Source: Eubacteriales bacterium
GTDB lineage: Bacteria > Bacillota > Clostridia > Oscillospirales > CAG-382
Length of the DNA: 64,000 bases
Assembly: GCA_028705495.1 (NCBI GenBank)
Contig: JAQWDK010000010.1
Location: 507 to 64,506 of the forward strand
Reading direction: 5' to 3'
How positions within the stretch are numbered: position 1 is the first letter of the stretch; every line of letters starts with the position of its first letter. The notes beneath the pieces were generated by a model that saw only the letters and a list, made by a program, of their open reading frames with translations, was not told where the DNA came from and made no database searches. Of this stretch, positions 1 through 9,768 are shown one piece after another. The position numbers and the translations under genes were made by a program.

Positions 1-1
1 T

Positions 2-1330
2 TATAGCGGTAAAACCTTAACTATCTTAGCTACGCATCAGAATTCGACGTATGGTGAAGCACAAATCGCACCTTTAGAACTAACAAGTGAACCCGTCAAC
101 GATGCGGTTTATGAACGTAATCAGTTACTAAAACAGGAATATGGATTTAACATAACATGTATTTATAATGAAGGCTTCGATAAGCTTGAAGAACAGGTAC
201 GAACAGATACCGCAGCAAACTCTAATAGTTATGATATTGTTGCTTCAGGTGCTATGACTCTTGCTATGCTTACTAAAGAAGGCTATTTTTACGACCTAAA
301 GACCTTGCCTAATTCAAATCTACAACTTGACAAGGACTGGTGGGATACATATCTAATAGATGACCTTTCCATAGGTCACAAGCTGTATTTTGCGACTGGA
401 GATATTTTTGTAAATGATGATGAATATACATCTGTTACTTATTTCAACAAAAAAATCATAGAAGATAATCAACTCGACAACCCTTACGATCTTGTCAAAA
501 AAGGTGAGTGGACTCTCGACGTAATGTATGAGATGATAAAAACAGCAGCAAAAGATGATGGTGACGGAACAATGAATGTCTCCGGTGGTGATGTGTGGGG
601 AATGGTTACTGATGCATTTGACTGTTACAAGTATGTTGTTGGCTGCAATAATCCTCAAGTTTATAAAAACGAAGCAACCGATCTTCCATATTTGGCGATG
701 ACAGAACCGCAAGCTATTTCTTCATTCGAAAAGGTTTTTGATATGTTCATGGACAGATCGAGGGTTGCTTTTACAGAACAGTATTACGCATGGAATCATC
801 CAGAAGCAGGTACTGTAAAAGACTACTTTTACAACGGAAAAGCATTATTTTTTGCTGGTAGAATTGATGCTGTAAGTTCAGAAAAAATGAAGACTTCAAC
901 TATAAAATATGGCATCCTTCCGGTACCGAAATATAATGAGGAACAGGTTAGATACACCTCTGTCGTGGATCCCTATCATTTCTTCTGTTTATCTGTTTTA
1001 AACAACGCTAAAGATATTGAATTTTCAACTTTTGCTATAGAATCAATGGCATATTTATCAAAGCAAATGGTAACACCCGAATATTATAACAGAACGCTTC
1101 AACTGAAGAGATTTGACGACCAAGATTCTTCTGAAATGCTTGACATTATTTTTTCAAATAGGATTGTAGACCTTTCGATAGTATTTAACTGGGATGATTG
1201 CATTCAGTATTACAACAAAATGCTTTTCTCAAATTCAAAAGATATTATTTCATTTATAGACGCAAGAAGAGATGCTTTTAATACAGAAATGAACGCAACC
1301 CTTGAAGCGATAAACGCTTTGAAACAATAG
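2..1330 (+). CDS. Extracellular solute-binding protein (ABC family-1 type, LplA/YtcQ-like), 5' end truncated by the window edge
   Basis: The frame of the 254..1330 ORF stays open back to nt 2 (YSGKTLTILATHQNS...). It is a clear paralogue of the 26014..27525 protein: DWWDTYL..YFATGDIFVNDD..NPYDLVKKGEWTLD matches EWWDQNA..YFTTGDISMLDN..NPYDLLRNDEWTFD, and both carry YGILP(V/M)PK(Y/F). Confidence 0.75.
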   Translation, partial: YSGKTLTILATHQNSTYGEAQIAPLELTSEPVNDAVYERNQLLKQEYGFNITCIYNEGFDKLEEQVRTDTAANSNSYDIVASGAMTLAMLTKEGYFYDLKTLPNSNLQLDKDWWDTYLIDDLSIGHKLYFATGDIFVNDDEYTSVTYFNKKIIEDNQLDNPYDLVKKGEWTLDVMYEMIKTAAKDDGDGTMNVSGGDVWGMVTDAFDCYKYVVGCNNPQVYKNEATDLPYLAMTEPQAISSFEKVFDMFMDRSRVAFTEQYYAWNHPEAGTVKDYFYNGKALFFAGRIDAVSSEKMKTSTIKYGILPVPKYNEEQVRYTSVVDPYHFFCLSVLNNAKDIEFSTFAIESMAYLSKQMVTPEYYNRTLQLKRFDDQDSSEMLDIIFSNRIVDLSIVFNWDDCIQYYNKMLFSNSKDIISFIDARRDAFNTEMNATLEAINALKQ

Positions 1331-1348
1331 TTCGAAATGGAGTTTTCC

Positions 1349-1377
1349 TTGACAAAAGCGGTTCATGATGGTATCAT
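1349..1377 (+). promoter_or_regulatory. Sigma-A type promoter for the 1424 lipoprotein gene
   Basis: TTGACA (1349-1354), 17-nt spacer, TATCAT (1372-1377), preceded by TG (extended -10). Confidence 0.55.
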
Positions 1378-1423
1378 ATATAGAGTAAAAACCTAAAACA
1401 TTCGGAACCGCGAGGTAGTATAA

Positions 1424-1984
1424 ATGCGACTTTTCAAGAAAGTTATTTGCTTACTGTTTGCTTTTACTATGATGATTCTTACAGCATCATGCGGAACAGG
1501 CAACAACGACACATCAGCACCTGCTAATTCTAAACTTGCAGAGAACAAATTTGCTGATTATACATTCTATTATCCCGATGACTGGACACTCGATCATGAT
1601 ACGAGTTTTATCTCAATTATCGGCGGTGGTAATAGTCTTATTCCTGAAGATAAGAGTGTATCAGTTATGGTCAATGATCTGACTCAGCCCAAAACCACGC
1701 CGAGTGAGTTCTGGGTTCAGAGCAAGGGCTATCTATCCGTAACATTTAGCGATTTAAATGAGCTTTCAGTTGAAGAGTTAAAAGTTGGTGGTGCAGATGC
1801 TTGCAAGGTTGTTTATACCGCAAAGATAACAGATAAAGTATACAAATTCGGTCAGACTTTTGTTATAAGAAGCGGTGCGGTTTATATTATCACATATACT
1901 GCAACCGAAGCTGATTTTGATGAAGCTTCTAATGCATATAACATGGTTTTAGAAACATTCTATTTTAAAACATTGCTTGACTAA
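1424..1984 (+). CDS. Hypothetical lipoprotein
   Basis: Signal peptide with lipobox LTASCG. RBS gcgAGGtagta lies upstream. No catalytic motif recognised. Confidence 0.6.
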   Translation: MRLFKKVICLLFAFTMMILTASCGTGNNDTSAPANSKLAENKFADYTFYYPDDWTLDHDTSFISIIGGGNSLIPEDKSVSVMVNDLTQPKTTPSEFWVQSKGYLSVTFSDLNELSVEELKVGGADACKVVYTAKITDKVYKFGQTFVIRSGAVYIITYTATEADFDEASNAYNMVLETFYFKTLLD

Positions 1985-1991
1985 ATAAAGC

Positions 1992-2027
1992 AAAAATATC
2001 CGAAGCCTAAAGCTTCGGATATTTTTT
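1992..2027. terminator. Bidirectional rho-independent terminator between convergent genes
   Basis: Perfect 11-bp stem, atatccgaagc / gcttcggatat, with a 5-nt loop. An A-run lies 5' and a T-run 3'. Confidence 0.8.
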
Positions 2028-2034
2028 ATTTAAA

Positions 2035-2460
2035 TTATTTATCGATAGTAATTTGTTTATCAAGTAGCATTTTTAGGGTGTAGTTGTCAAGATATTCGTT
2101 CATTACATCATATAAACCTTGCCACAACTCCCTTGTTGCACAGCCGTTTTTTTTGTGGGCACAATCGATATCTTCATCTTCAAGGCATATAACAGGCGCG
2201 AGGCATCCTTCAGTAGCGCGTAAAATTTCGCCCACAGTATAATCGCTTGGGCTTCGGGTTAGACGATAACCTCCATAAGCTCCGCGTGTAGATTGAAGAA
2301 AATCATCTTTAATCAGCGAAGCAATAATTTGCTCAAGATATTTCATAGATATCTCTTGGCGTTGGGAAATCTCCTTGAGCGTTATATAATTTCCCTTGTC
2401 ATTAGCTGCGAGATCCAGCATCAGTCTAAGAGCGTATCTTCCTTTTGTAGAAAATTTCAT
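2035..2460 (-). CDS. Rrf2 family transcriptional regulator (IscR/CymR-like, Cys-rich C-terminal half)
   Basis: N-terminus MKFSTKGRYALRLMLDLA is a typical Rrf2 winged helix. The cysteines CLAPVIC..C..C are consistent with Fe-S ligation. Confidence 0.85.
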   Translation of the reverse strand: MKFSTKGRYALRLMLDLAANDKGNYITLKEISQRQEISMKYLEQIIASLIKDDFLQSTRGAYGGYRLTRSPSDYTVGEILRATEGCLAPVICLEDEDIDCAHKKNGCATRELWQGLYDVMNEYLDNYTLKMLLDKQITIDK

Positions 2461-2478
2461 GAAACTAATCCTATTTTT

Positions 2479-3150
2479 TTAATCGACTTTGAACTTAACA
2501 AAGTCTTTAAAAAGCTCTATATTTTGATTGTAAAAATCTATATCTTCGTTCGGTCGTTTGTATCTGACACAGATGACCATTTCATGTTTTAGCGCCGAGA
2601 AACCGCTGAGATTGCTAGCATCAAGATTAGCATATGGTATACCAAAACCATCAGGAAGGGCACTTTCTGGTGTAATTCCGAAAATGTCCTTTAGTGGTAC
2701 GAGATAATTATCATCTACGAGCTTTTCATAAAATATGGGGTTGACAATATAGATAACGGTATTACCAACCATTACTTCGGAAATAAACTGAGTGTAAAAT
2801 TCATCCCCATAAGCGATATAATTGATACTCTCGTCATCGATCAAATTACCGCTTTCGTCAAACTTTGGTCCCAAAGCGGTAGGGAGGAGCATTGTAACGA
2901 GTTCAGCATTCATTTCACCGTCATCATTATAATCTAATCTCAGATAATCAGATGTAGATTTATTAATATCTGTAATTGTGTCTGATGATATCTTTATGGG
3001 ACCTACATACAAAATTGAAAAGTCGGGAGCTTTACGGTTTAGAATTGTAGGAATTGTTACAGACAGAATCGCAAGTGCGATTGCCACAACAAACACTTTC
3101 CATTTGTGGTATTCCCAGAAGTTATCGAACCATCTTTTTAACTTTTCCAA
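2479..3150 (-). CDS. Hypothetical membrane-anchored protein (single N-terminal TM)
   Basis: Long ORF with a hydrophobic segment, VFVVAIALAILSVTIPTIL. It is co-directional with lysS and rrf2, and the gaps are short. Confidence 0.5.
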   Translation of the reverse strand: MEKLKRWFDNFWEYHKWKVFVVAIALAILSVTIPTILNRKAPDFSILYVGPIKISSDTITDINKSTSDYLRLDYNDDGEMNAELVTMLLPTALGPKFDESGNLIDDESINYIAYGDEFYTQFISEVMVGNTVIYIVNPIFYEKLVDDNYLVPLKDIFGITPESALPDGFGIPYANLDASNLSGFSALKHEMVICVRYKRPNEDIDFYNQNIELFKDFVKFKVD

Positions 3151-3181
3151 ATCAAACAGCTCCCTTCTTAATATTTTTATT

Positions 3182-4684
3182 TTAATCTACAGGCCTCATA
3201 GTGGGGAAGAGAAGTACATCTCGAATGGACTGGCTATTCGTCAACAGCATTACGAGACGATCCATGCCAATACCGAGACCACCTGTAGGAGGCATACCGT
3301 ACTCAAGTGCGGTAAGAAAGTCCTCATCCACATCACATGCTTCGTCGTCGCCCTTAGCTTTGAGAGTAGCTTGAGCTTCAAATCTTTCTCTTTGGTCGAT
3401 TGGGTCGTTAAGCTCTGAAAATGCGTTTGCGTGTTCTCTGCCGAGGATGAAGAGTTCAAAGCGTTCAGTCAACTCAGGATGCTCAGGTGAACGTTTTGCA
3501 AGAGGCGATATTTCAACAGGATGGAAAGTAACGAATGTTGGTTGGATTAACTTTTCTTCTGCATAATGTTCAAAAAACAGATTAAGAATATCGCCAATAC
3601 CATGTCTTTGTTCGTATTTTATATTGCGTGAATCAGCAACAGCACGAGCCTGTTCGAGAGTCTTAATCTCAGTGAAATCAACACCAGCATACTGTTTAAC
3701 TGCATCAGTCATTTTAAGCCTTTCGAAAGGCTTGTCAATGTCAATTATAGTTTCACCATATGGTATTTGTCCAGAACCTACGACAGCTTTAGCAAGATAC
3801 TTGATAAGACTTTCTGTAATCTCCATCATACCTTCAAAGTCGGTGTAAGCTTGATAAAGTTCAAGGAGCGTGAATTCGGGGTTATGGCGCGGTGACATAC
3901 CCTCATTCCTAAAAACTCTTCCAATTTCATAAACTTTATCAAAACCACCAACAATCAACCTCTTGAGATGCAGCTCAAGTGCGATGCGGAGGTACAAATC
4001 GATATCAAGTGTATTGTGGTGCGTTATGAAAGGTCTTGCGTTAGCTCCGCCTGCTTGTGAATGAAGAACAGGTGTCTCAACCTCCAGAAAACCACGTGCA
4101 TCAAGGAATTTGCGAGTTTCGGATATTATTTTTGAGCGCTTGACAAAAGCATCTCGGACCTCTGGGTTTACTATCAAGTCGAGATAACGTTTACGGTAAC
4201 GAGTGTCTGTATCTTTTAGGCCATGCCATTTTTCAGGAAGGGGAAGAAGAGCTTTTGATAGAAGCACAACTTCTTTGGCATGAACAGATATTTCACCTCG
4301 TCTTGTGCGGAAGACAAAACCTGATATACCGACTATATCTCCGATATCATAGGTTTTAAAACTTTCGAAGCTTTCTTCTCCGATATCGTCGATACGAACA
4401 TACACTTGCAATCTACCAGAAAAGTCTGAAATATCAATGAAATTCGCTTTTCCCATATCTCTGCGCGACATGATTCTTCCGGCGATTTTTACGTCGGTAT
4501 TCTCAAGAGTATCAAATCTATCTTTTATATCTGAAACGTAAGTATCCCTGTCAAACTTCGTTATAATAAAAGGGTCATGTCCTTCACTCTTTAAGGCAGC
4601 AAGTTTTGCACGCCTTATCTCAAGCTCATTTTGCAGAGATTGTTGCTCATTAGCCTCAGTATTGTTGTTAAGGCTGTCACTCAT
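3182..4684 (-). CDS. lysS: Lysine--tRNA ligase, class II
   Basis: OB-fold N-terminal domain and class II motifs (FLEVETPVLH, RIALELHLKRLIVGGFDKVYEIGRVFRNEG, GGLGIGMDRLVM). Confidence 0.95.
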   Translation of the reverse strand: MSDSLNNNTEANEQQSLQNELEIRRAKLAALKSEGHDPFIITKFDRDTYVSDIKDRFDTLENTDVKIAGRIMSRRDMGKANFIDISDFSGRLQVYVRIDDIGEESFESFKTYDIGDIVGISGFVFRTRRGEISVHAKEVVLLSKALLPLPEKWHGLKDTDTRYRKRYLDLIVNPEVRDAFVKRSKIISETRKFLDARGFLEVETPVLHSQAGGANARPFITHHNTLDIDLYLRIALELHLKRLIVGGFDKVYEIGRVFRNEGMSPRHNPEFTLLELYQAYTDFEGMMEITESLIKYLAKAVVGSGQIPYGETIIDIDKPFERLKMTDAVKQYAGVDFTEIKTLEQARAVADSRNIKYEQRHGIGDILNLFFEHYAEEKLIQPTFVTFHPVEISPLAKRSPEHPELTERFELFILGREHANAFSELNDPIDQRERFEAQATLKAKGDDEACDVDEDFLTALEYGMPPTGGLGIGMDRLVMLLTNSQSIRDVLLFPTMRPVD

Positions 4685-4715
4685 TATTAGTTGTCCTTTC
4701 TTTTGGAACTTAGAA

Positions 4716-5198
4716 TTACATTTTTGAAATTTCGAGAATCCTCATATTATCAACACCGGACGGTGTTTCAAATACTGCTGTGTCACCAACTTTTTTACCT
4801 AGGAGTGCTTTACCCAGCGGGGATTCGTCAGATATGATGAGATTCATCGGGTCAGCTTCGAGTGCACTGACAATTGTGTATTCACACTCTTCGTTAAAAG
4901 TAATATCAAATACTTTTACTTTACACCCTACACTAACTCTATCGGTTTTTATGTTTGAATTGTCGATAATGACAACATTTTTCAATGTCTGCTCGATTTT
5001 TGCTATTTTATTTTCGACCTCAGCTTGTTCATTTTTAGCTTCATCGTACTCACTGTTTTCAGAGAGATCGCCAAAAGCACGTGCTTTGGATATTGCGAGA
5101 CCGACTTCTTTGCGTTTTACCGTAACGAGATACTCAAGCTCTGATGTAAGCTTTTCATATCCTTCTTTTGTTAGGTATACTTGGTTAGTTGCATTCAT
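4716..5198 (-). CDS. greA: Transcription elongation factor GreA
   Basis: LTKEGYEKL...[14 protein letters not shown] coiled-coil followed by a C-terminal FKBP-like domain. 160 aa. Confidence 0.93.
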   Translation of the reverse strand: MNATNQVYLTKEGYEKLTSELEYLVTVKRKEVGLAISKARAFGDLSENSEYDEAKNEQAEVENKIAKIEQTLKNVVIIDNSNIKTDRVSVGCKVKVFDITFNEECEYTIVSALEADPMNLIISDESPLGKALLGKKVGDTAVFETPSGVDNMRILEISKM

Positions 5199-5339
5199 GT
5201 CCTACCCATTTCTCCGGCTTGATATTGTGCAAGATGTGATATTTGTGCCGGCGATTCACACCTTGATTAATACTCCGTTTTTAACAACTCAATTGTTTTT
5301 ACGGTAATATATGATATAAATACTTTATTATAAATTGAT

Positions 5340-6560
5340 TTATGCTTGATTTGAGATTCTTTCTGTGATTTCTCTAAGAGCTTCTTGAAATTGAATGTCC
5401 TCTTCACGAGTCAATTTGTTGAAGTTCTGCATCATCTCATCCGTCATCTGAATCTTAATAGACGGTTCTACACCAATACCGTGATAATTTTCGCCTTTTG
5501 GAGGGTTATACAGGTTTGTTGTAAGGATGAGCATGGAGCCGTCGCTTAGCGGATAAACAGTCTGCATGCATCCTTTACCGAAGGTTTTTTCACCAATAAG
5601 AGCGGCCATTTCATAATCGCGAAGAGCTGAACAGAAAAGCTCGCCACCTGAGGCTGTATTACGGTTTATTAGAACAACCATCGGAAGGTCGGTAAACCTT
5701 GCATCGGAATCAAGCGACTGAATAACCTCGTTCTCTTTGTTTATGATATGGACTATCGGTCCTTTTGGAAGTAGTGGATCAAGAATATTGCAGACACTCT
5801 CAAGATTGCCACCGGGGTTATTACGGACATCGAATATAATTCCCTTAGCTCCGTCGTTTTTTGCCTTATTTAGATGAGTCACAAACTGTTCATCTGTGTT
5901 ATCATTGAATTCGGCAATCTTTATATATGCTATATCGTTATCAAGCATTTCGTATGTCACGCTTTCAACGACAAACTTCTCGCGAGTGATTGAAATGATT
6001 TCTTCTTTTTTGTAATCGGGAAAACGGGCAATTGTGAGCGAAACTTGTGTACCGGGTTCACCGGGCACTGAGTAAATGGCAACATTGTAGTTTGTGTTGT
6101 TTACGGCAAGGTCCCCGACTTTTATTATTAAATCACCGGGTAATAATCCGGCTTTTTCAGCAGGTGAGTTTGGCATTACTCCGGAAATATAAATTGCACT
6201 GTGTTCCGTATCAAAAGAAGCGTAAATACCGATTCCGGATATTTCACCGCTACTGGACTGGTTTTGCATATTTGCTTCTTCCGGCGTGAGATAATAACTA
6301 AACTGGTCGTTAAGTCCCGCGACATATCCTTTCATTATCATCTCTTCGAGTGTAGAATTATCTATGTCAAAAAAGAACTTGTCTTTAACTTGACTATCTA
6401 TATCCGAAAGCTTTTTCAAAAAAGCCTTTTCATAATAGAACTCCCTTTGCTGTTCGGTGTAATAATTACCCACATAGACCGAAGTCAATAAAAAGGTGAG
6501 GACTGTGAAAATAATCGCCACAAATATTAGCGAGCCTACGCCGAATTTATTTTTAGCCAT
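5340..6560 (-). CDS. ctpA: S41 family C-terminal processing peptidase
   Basis: N-terminal TM, PDZ segment (PAEKAGLLPGDLIIKV), S41 core (FDVRNNPGG, NRNTASGGE, TFGKG). Confidence 0.88.
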   Translation of the reverse strand: MAKNKFGVGSLIFVAIIFTVLTFLLTSVYVGNYYTEQQREFYYEKAFLKKLSDIDSQVKDKFFFDIDNSTLEEMIMKGYVAGLNDQFSYYLTPEEANMQNQSSSGEISGIGIYASFDTEHSAIYISGVMPNSPAEKAGLLPGDLIIKVGDLAVNNTNYNVAIYSVPGEPGTQVSLTIARFPDYKKEEIISITREKFVVESVTYEMLDNDIAYIKIAEFNDNTDEQFVTHLNKAKNDGAKGIIFDVRNNPGGNLESVCNILDPLLPKGPIVHIINKENEVIQSLDSDARFTDLPMVVLINRNTASGGELFCSALRDYEMAALIGEKTFGKGCMQTVYPLSDGSMLILTTNLYNPPKGENYHGIGVEPSIKIQMTDEMMQNFNKLTREEDIQFQEALREITERISNQA

Positions 6561-6603
6561 AAAATTTCCTTCTCCGACGACAATAAAGGGAATGCTGTTA
6601 TAA

Positions 6604-6662
6604 ACGGAAGTGAACCGCCGGCCGTCGGACGGTGGTTCAACTCTTGGTTGTTCCGTATTATA
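6604..6662 (-). promoter_or_regulatory. Candidate extended -10 promoter plus a GC-rich stem-loop in the ctpA leader
   Basis: On the minus strand, TGtTATAAT (-10 hexamer at 6662-6657) is followed by a stem UGAACCACCG / CGGCGGUUCA (6639-6630 / 6620-6611). An outer ACGGAA/UUCCGU pairing (6656-6651 / 6609-6604) is also possible. Confidence 0.4.
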
Positions 6663-6728
6663 ACAAATTCTTTCGCTTATATAAACGAAAGAGTTTGTTT
6701 TTCTATATTTAGTTGCTCAAAATATTTA

Positions 6729-7943
6729 TTATGCGCCGTAGTCCTTTGTAAAATTCATACCTTTAGCATCAAAATAACCTGGTGTTTCAGGATTGATCCA
6801 GTTCCCGTCCTTCATAAGTCCGAGGTGTAGATGGGGGCCGGTTGATCTTCCAGTTGAACCGACAAGCCCAACAACACTGCCTTTAAGCACTTTATCACCA
6901 TTAGAAACAAGAAGCTTACTACAGTGACCGTAAAGTGTAGAAATTCCACCGCCATGATCGATAACAACATACCAACCGTATGATTTGTCGTTATATGTAG
7001 CTAAAATAACTGTTCCTGATTGAACCGCATGGATTGGTGTACCTATGGGAGCCGGCATATCAATCCCGTTATGGAATTCGGATTTTCCAAAAATGTAGCG
7101 TTGACCGAAAGTGGAACTAATTCTTTTATTAGGATACGGAAGCGGTCTAAACCATGCACCAACGTATACTTCTTTTTCTTTTATCTGCTTTTGAAGATTT
7201 GCAATGTCCTGAGTTATCTGTTGTTCTGCTGCTTGCTTCTGCTGATAAAGGTACTGGGCTTGTGAGAGATTTTTTTCTAACTCTTTGATCTTATCATTGA
7301 GTTCGACTTGTTTTTTCTCGTATTCTTCTTTTAACGTTTCATTGTCCTGCTGAAGAACGATTAGTTTCTGGGAAGCAGTCTCGTGTTCTAGTTTGCTCTT
7401 ATCAAGGGCAGTAACAGCGCCGCTCAAATCATTTATGAGTTTTTCGTTGTAATCAACCATATAAGAAGCAAACTCAATTTTAGAGAGGAAGCTTGTCAGG
7501 CTTTCGGAGCTGAGGAGCAGTTCAATAACCGAAGGCTCACCCTCAATATAAGTGTACTTTATTATATCACTTATTAGTGAAGCGTATGTATCGATCTCTG
7601 AATTTAAAGTGTCAATTTCTTTCTCGAGCCGAGAGATTTCTTCATCATAACCTGTGATAAGTTTACCAAGAGCATCGATTTCGCTTACTAAATAACCGAT
7701 TTCGTATTCTATGTAATTTTTTTGATCGGTTATGTCATTTTTATTGGCAAGTAGGGAGTTGATCTGTTGTTGAATTTGCTGCCGTTGCGATTTAGCTTCG
7801 TTGTAGTCTTTTTGAATTTCTTTTAGCTGCTCTCTATCTTGATCGATTGTAGTAGCAGCTGATGTTGGCATCACTGAAGAGGCAAAAACAGTTAGACAAA
7901 ACGAAATTATAAGCAAAAATGCTGCAATCTTTTTTTGTAACAT
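6729..7943 (-). CDS. M23 family metallopeptidase with a long coiled-coil N-terminal region (EnvC/PcsB-like partner of FtsEX)
   Basis: C-terminal HNGIDMPAP..GHCS..GSTGRSTGPHLHLG, with a Q/E/K-rich coiled coil. The start is uncertain: 7943, 7955 or 8018. 7943 gives a signal peptide (MLQKKIAAFLLIISF) and has an AAGGAA 11 nt upstream. Confidence 0.85.
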   Translation of the reverse strand: MLQKKIAAFLLIISFCLTVFASSVMPTSAATTIDQDREQLKEIQKDYNEAKSQRQQIQQQINSLLANKNDITDQKNYIEYEIGYLVSEIDALGKLITGYDEEISRLEKEIDTLNSEIDTYASLISDIIKYTYIEGEPSVIELLLSSESLTSFLSKIEFASYMVDYNEKLINDLSGAVTALDKSKLEHETASQKLIVLQQDNETLKEEYEKKQVELNDKIKELEKNLSQAQYLYQQKQAAEQQITQDIANLQKQIKEKEVYVGAWFRPLPYPNKRISSTFGQRYIFGKSEFHNGIDMPAPIGTPIHAVQSGTVILATYNDKSYGWYVVIDHGGGISTLYGHCSKLLVSNGDKVLKGSVVGLVGSTGRSTGPHLHLGLMKDGNWINPETPGYFDAKGMNFTKDYGA

Positions 7944-8121
7944 TACTATGACCATTCCTTTTTTACTAACCTGGAAGTTTGTTTCGTTCGCACCCTTTGC
8001 GATTCGTGCTGCTTTCATAACGAAAGCTTATTTACGGTACGAAAGAAACAAACTTCTGGATTGAAAGATTTATCTTTCAATCTTAACTCCTAAACAAAAA
8101 TCGTTATGAAAAGGCACTGTT

Positions 8122-9036
8122 TTAGGCTTTTAAATATTTTCTCATAGACATCGAGCTTGCAACTATACCAGCGAAAAGACCTACCGTAAGGAACGCAATT
8201 GCTAAAATTCTACTGAACTCAGAAAAGGGAAGAAGTCCAGTTGACGCGAAGTTGCCAAGCATATCGGGCATAACATAAGTGTAGAGGTAGTACTGAAGTC
8301 CGTACGCTATTGCCGATGAAAGAACACCAATGATGATGCCTTCTACAACGAAAGGAGCTACAATAAAACTGGACGTTGCACCGACATATCTCATAATAAT
8401 AATTTCCTGCTTTCTTGAAAAAACAGTGAGTCTTATGGTGTTCATTATTACAAAGAATGACACAACAAGAAGTATAATGAGAAGCCAAACACAAATCATT
8501 GAAATGCCGTTCTTAAAGGATTCAACCTTGTTAGCAATATCAATAACACTTTTTGGATTCTTACCTTGTTCTTTCAAATCGAGGTCTATTCCTTCGATTG
8601 AAGAAAGCTGAAATAAAAGTGGTGTTGATTTTTCTATTTCCGCAAATTCAATTTTATATGTATCCGGCAGAGGATTTAGCTTAACAAATTGCTCAAAAAT
8701 AGCTCTTTGAGTTTCATCGTATTTTTGAAGTTCGAGCTCCCAGGCTTCTTCTTTTGATAAAAATGTAACATTTGTAACATTGTCCATCGCTCGAATCTCA
8801 TCGCCAATTTGTTCAGTACGAGCTTCATCGGTTTCTGGAGCTATGTATAGTAAAATTACATTTAGTTCATCAAGTGAATCCATGTAACTGTTGATATTAG
8901 CGATTACAGTCCAAAAAGTTCCCAAAACAAGCATCGAGGACGCGAGAATTAGTATTGAAGCTGAGGACATTACTGCATTTCGGATTATTCCTAAAAAACC
9001 TTGCTTTATAAAATAAAAAATGTTGCTAATGCGCAT
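8122..9036 (-). CDS. ftsX: Cell-division ABC transporter permease FtsX
   Basis: TM1, a large extracellular loop, then 3 TMs. It overlaps ftsE by 11 nt, the canonical ftsEX arrangement. Confidence 0.9.
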   Translation of the reverse strand: MRISNIFYFIKQGFLGIIRNAVMSSASILILASSMLVLGTFWTVIANINSYMDSLDELNVILLYIAPETDEARTEQIGDEIRAMDNVTNVTFLSKEEAWELELQKYDETQRAIFEQFVKLNPLPDTYKIEFAEIEKSTPLLFQLSSIEGIDLDLKEQGKNPKSVIDIANKVESFKNGISMICVWLLIILLVVSFFVIMNTIRLTVFSRKQEIIIMRYVGATSSFIVAPFVVEGIIIGVLSSAIAYGLQYYLYTYVMPDMLGNFASTGLLPFSEFSRILAIAFLTVGLFAGIVASSMSMRKYLKA

Positions 9037-9709
9037 CGTACATGCCCCCGATCTTATCGCTTACGATGCATCCATCTCCGATACAAACAACGCGTTTTTT
9101 AAAATAATCAACAAGTGATTTTTCATGGGTAACAACAATTACCGTTTTATCAAGTTTGTTGATACGAATAAGTAAGTCGATAATTTCTAACGACATCTGA
9201 GGGTCTACATTTCCGGTAGGCTCGTCCGCAATTATAATTTTCGGATTGTTAACCAAAGCACGGGCAAACGCAACTCTCTGCTGCTCTCCGCCTGATAATT
9301 CATGGGGGAAACGGTCGCATTTATCAGCGAGGTTAACAAGATTAAGTAAATAGGGAACACGCTTATTTATAGCACGGTTTGATTCACCGATTACACGCAT
9401 TGCGAATGCAACATTTTCATATACAGTCATGTTGTCAAACAACCTAAAGTCTTGAAAGACAACACCCATTTCGCGGCGTAGATAAGGTACTTTACTCCGG
9501 CGAATTTTTTCCAGACGATAGTTATTCACTCTGAGCGAGCCTGATGTAATACATTCTTCACGCATAAGCAGTTTGGTTAATGTCGTCTTTCCGGCACCGG
9601 AGTGTCCAACGATAAAAACAAACTCTCCGTCGGCAATGGACAAATTGACATTCCTCAACGCGACAGTACCGTTGGGGTAAGTTTTTGAAACATTCTTGAA
9701 CTCTATCAT
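9026..9709 (-). CDS. ftsE: Cell-division ABC transporter ATP-binding protein FtsE
   Basis: Walker A GHSGAGKTT, signature LSGGEQQR, Walker B IIIADEPTG. 227 aa. Confidence 0.93.
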   Translation of the reverse strand: MIEFKNVSKTYPNGTVALRNVNLSIADGEFVFIVGHSGAGKTTLTKLLMREECITSGSLRVNNYRLEKIRRSKVPYLRREMGVVFQDFRLFDNMTVYENVAFAMRVIGESNRAINKRVPYLLNLVNLADKCDRFPHELSGGEQQRVAFARALVNNPKIIIADEPTGNVDPQMSLEIIDLLIRINKLDKTVIVVTHEKSLVDYFKKRVVCIGDGCIVSDKIGGMYDAH

Positions 9710-9768
9710 TATTGGTATCCTTAAACTTCAATCGGGTATGCGAATGCGCAAGACAGGGCGGGGGTAAT

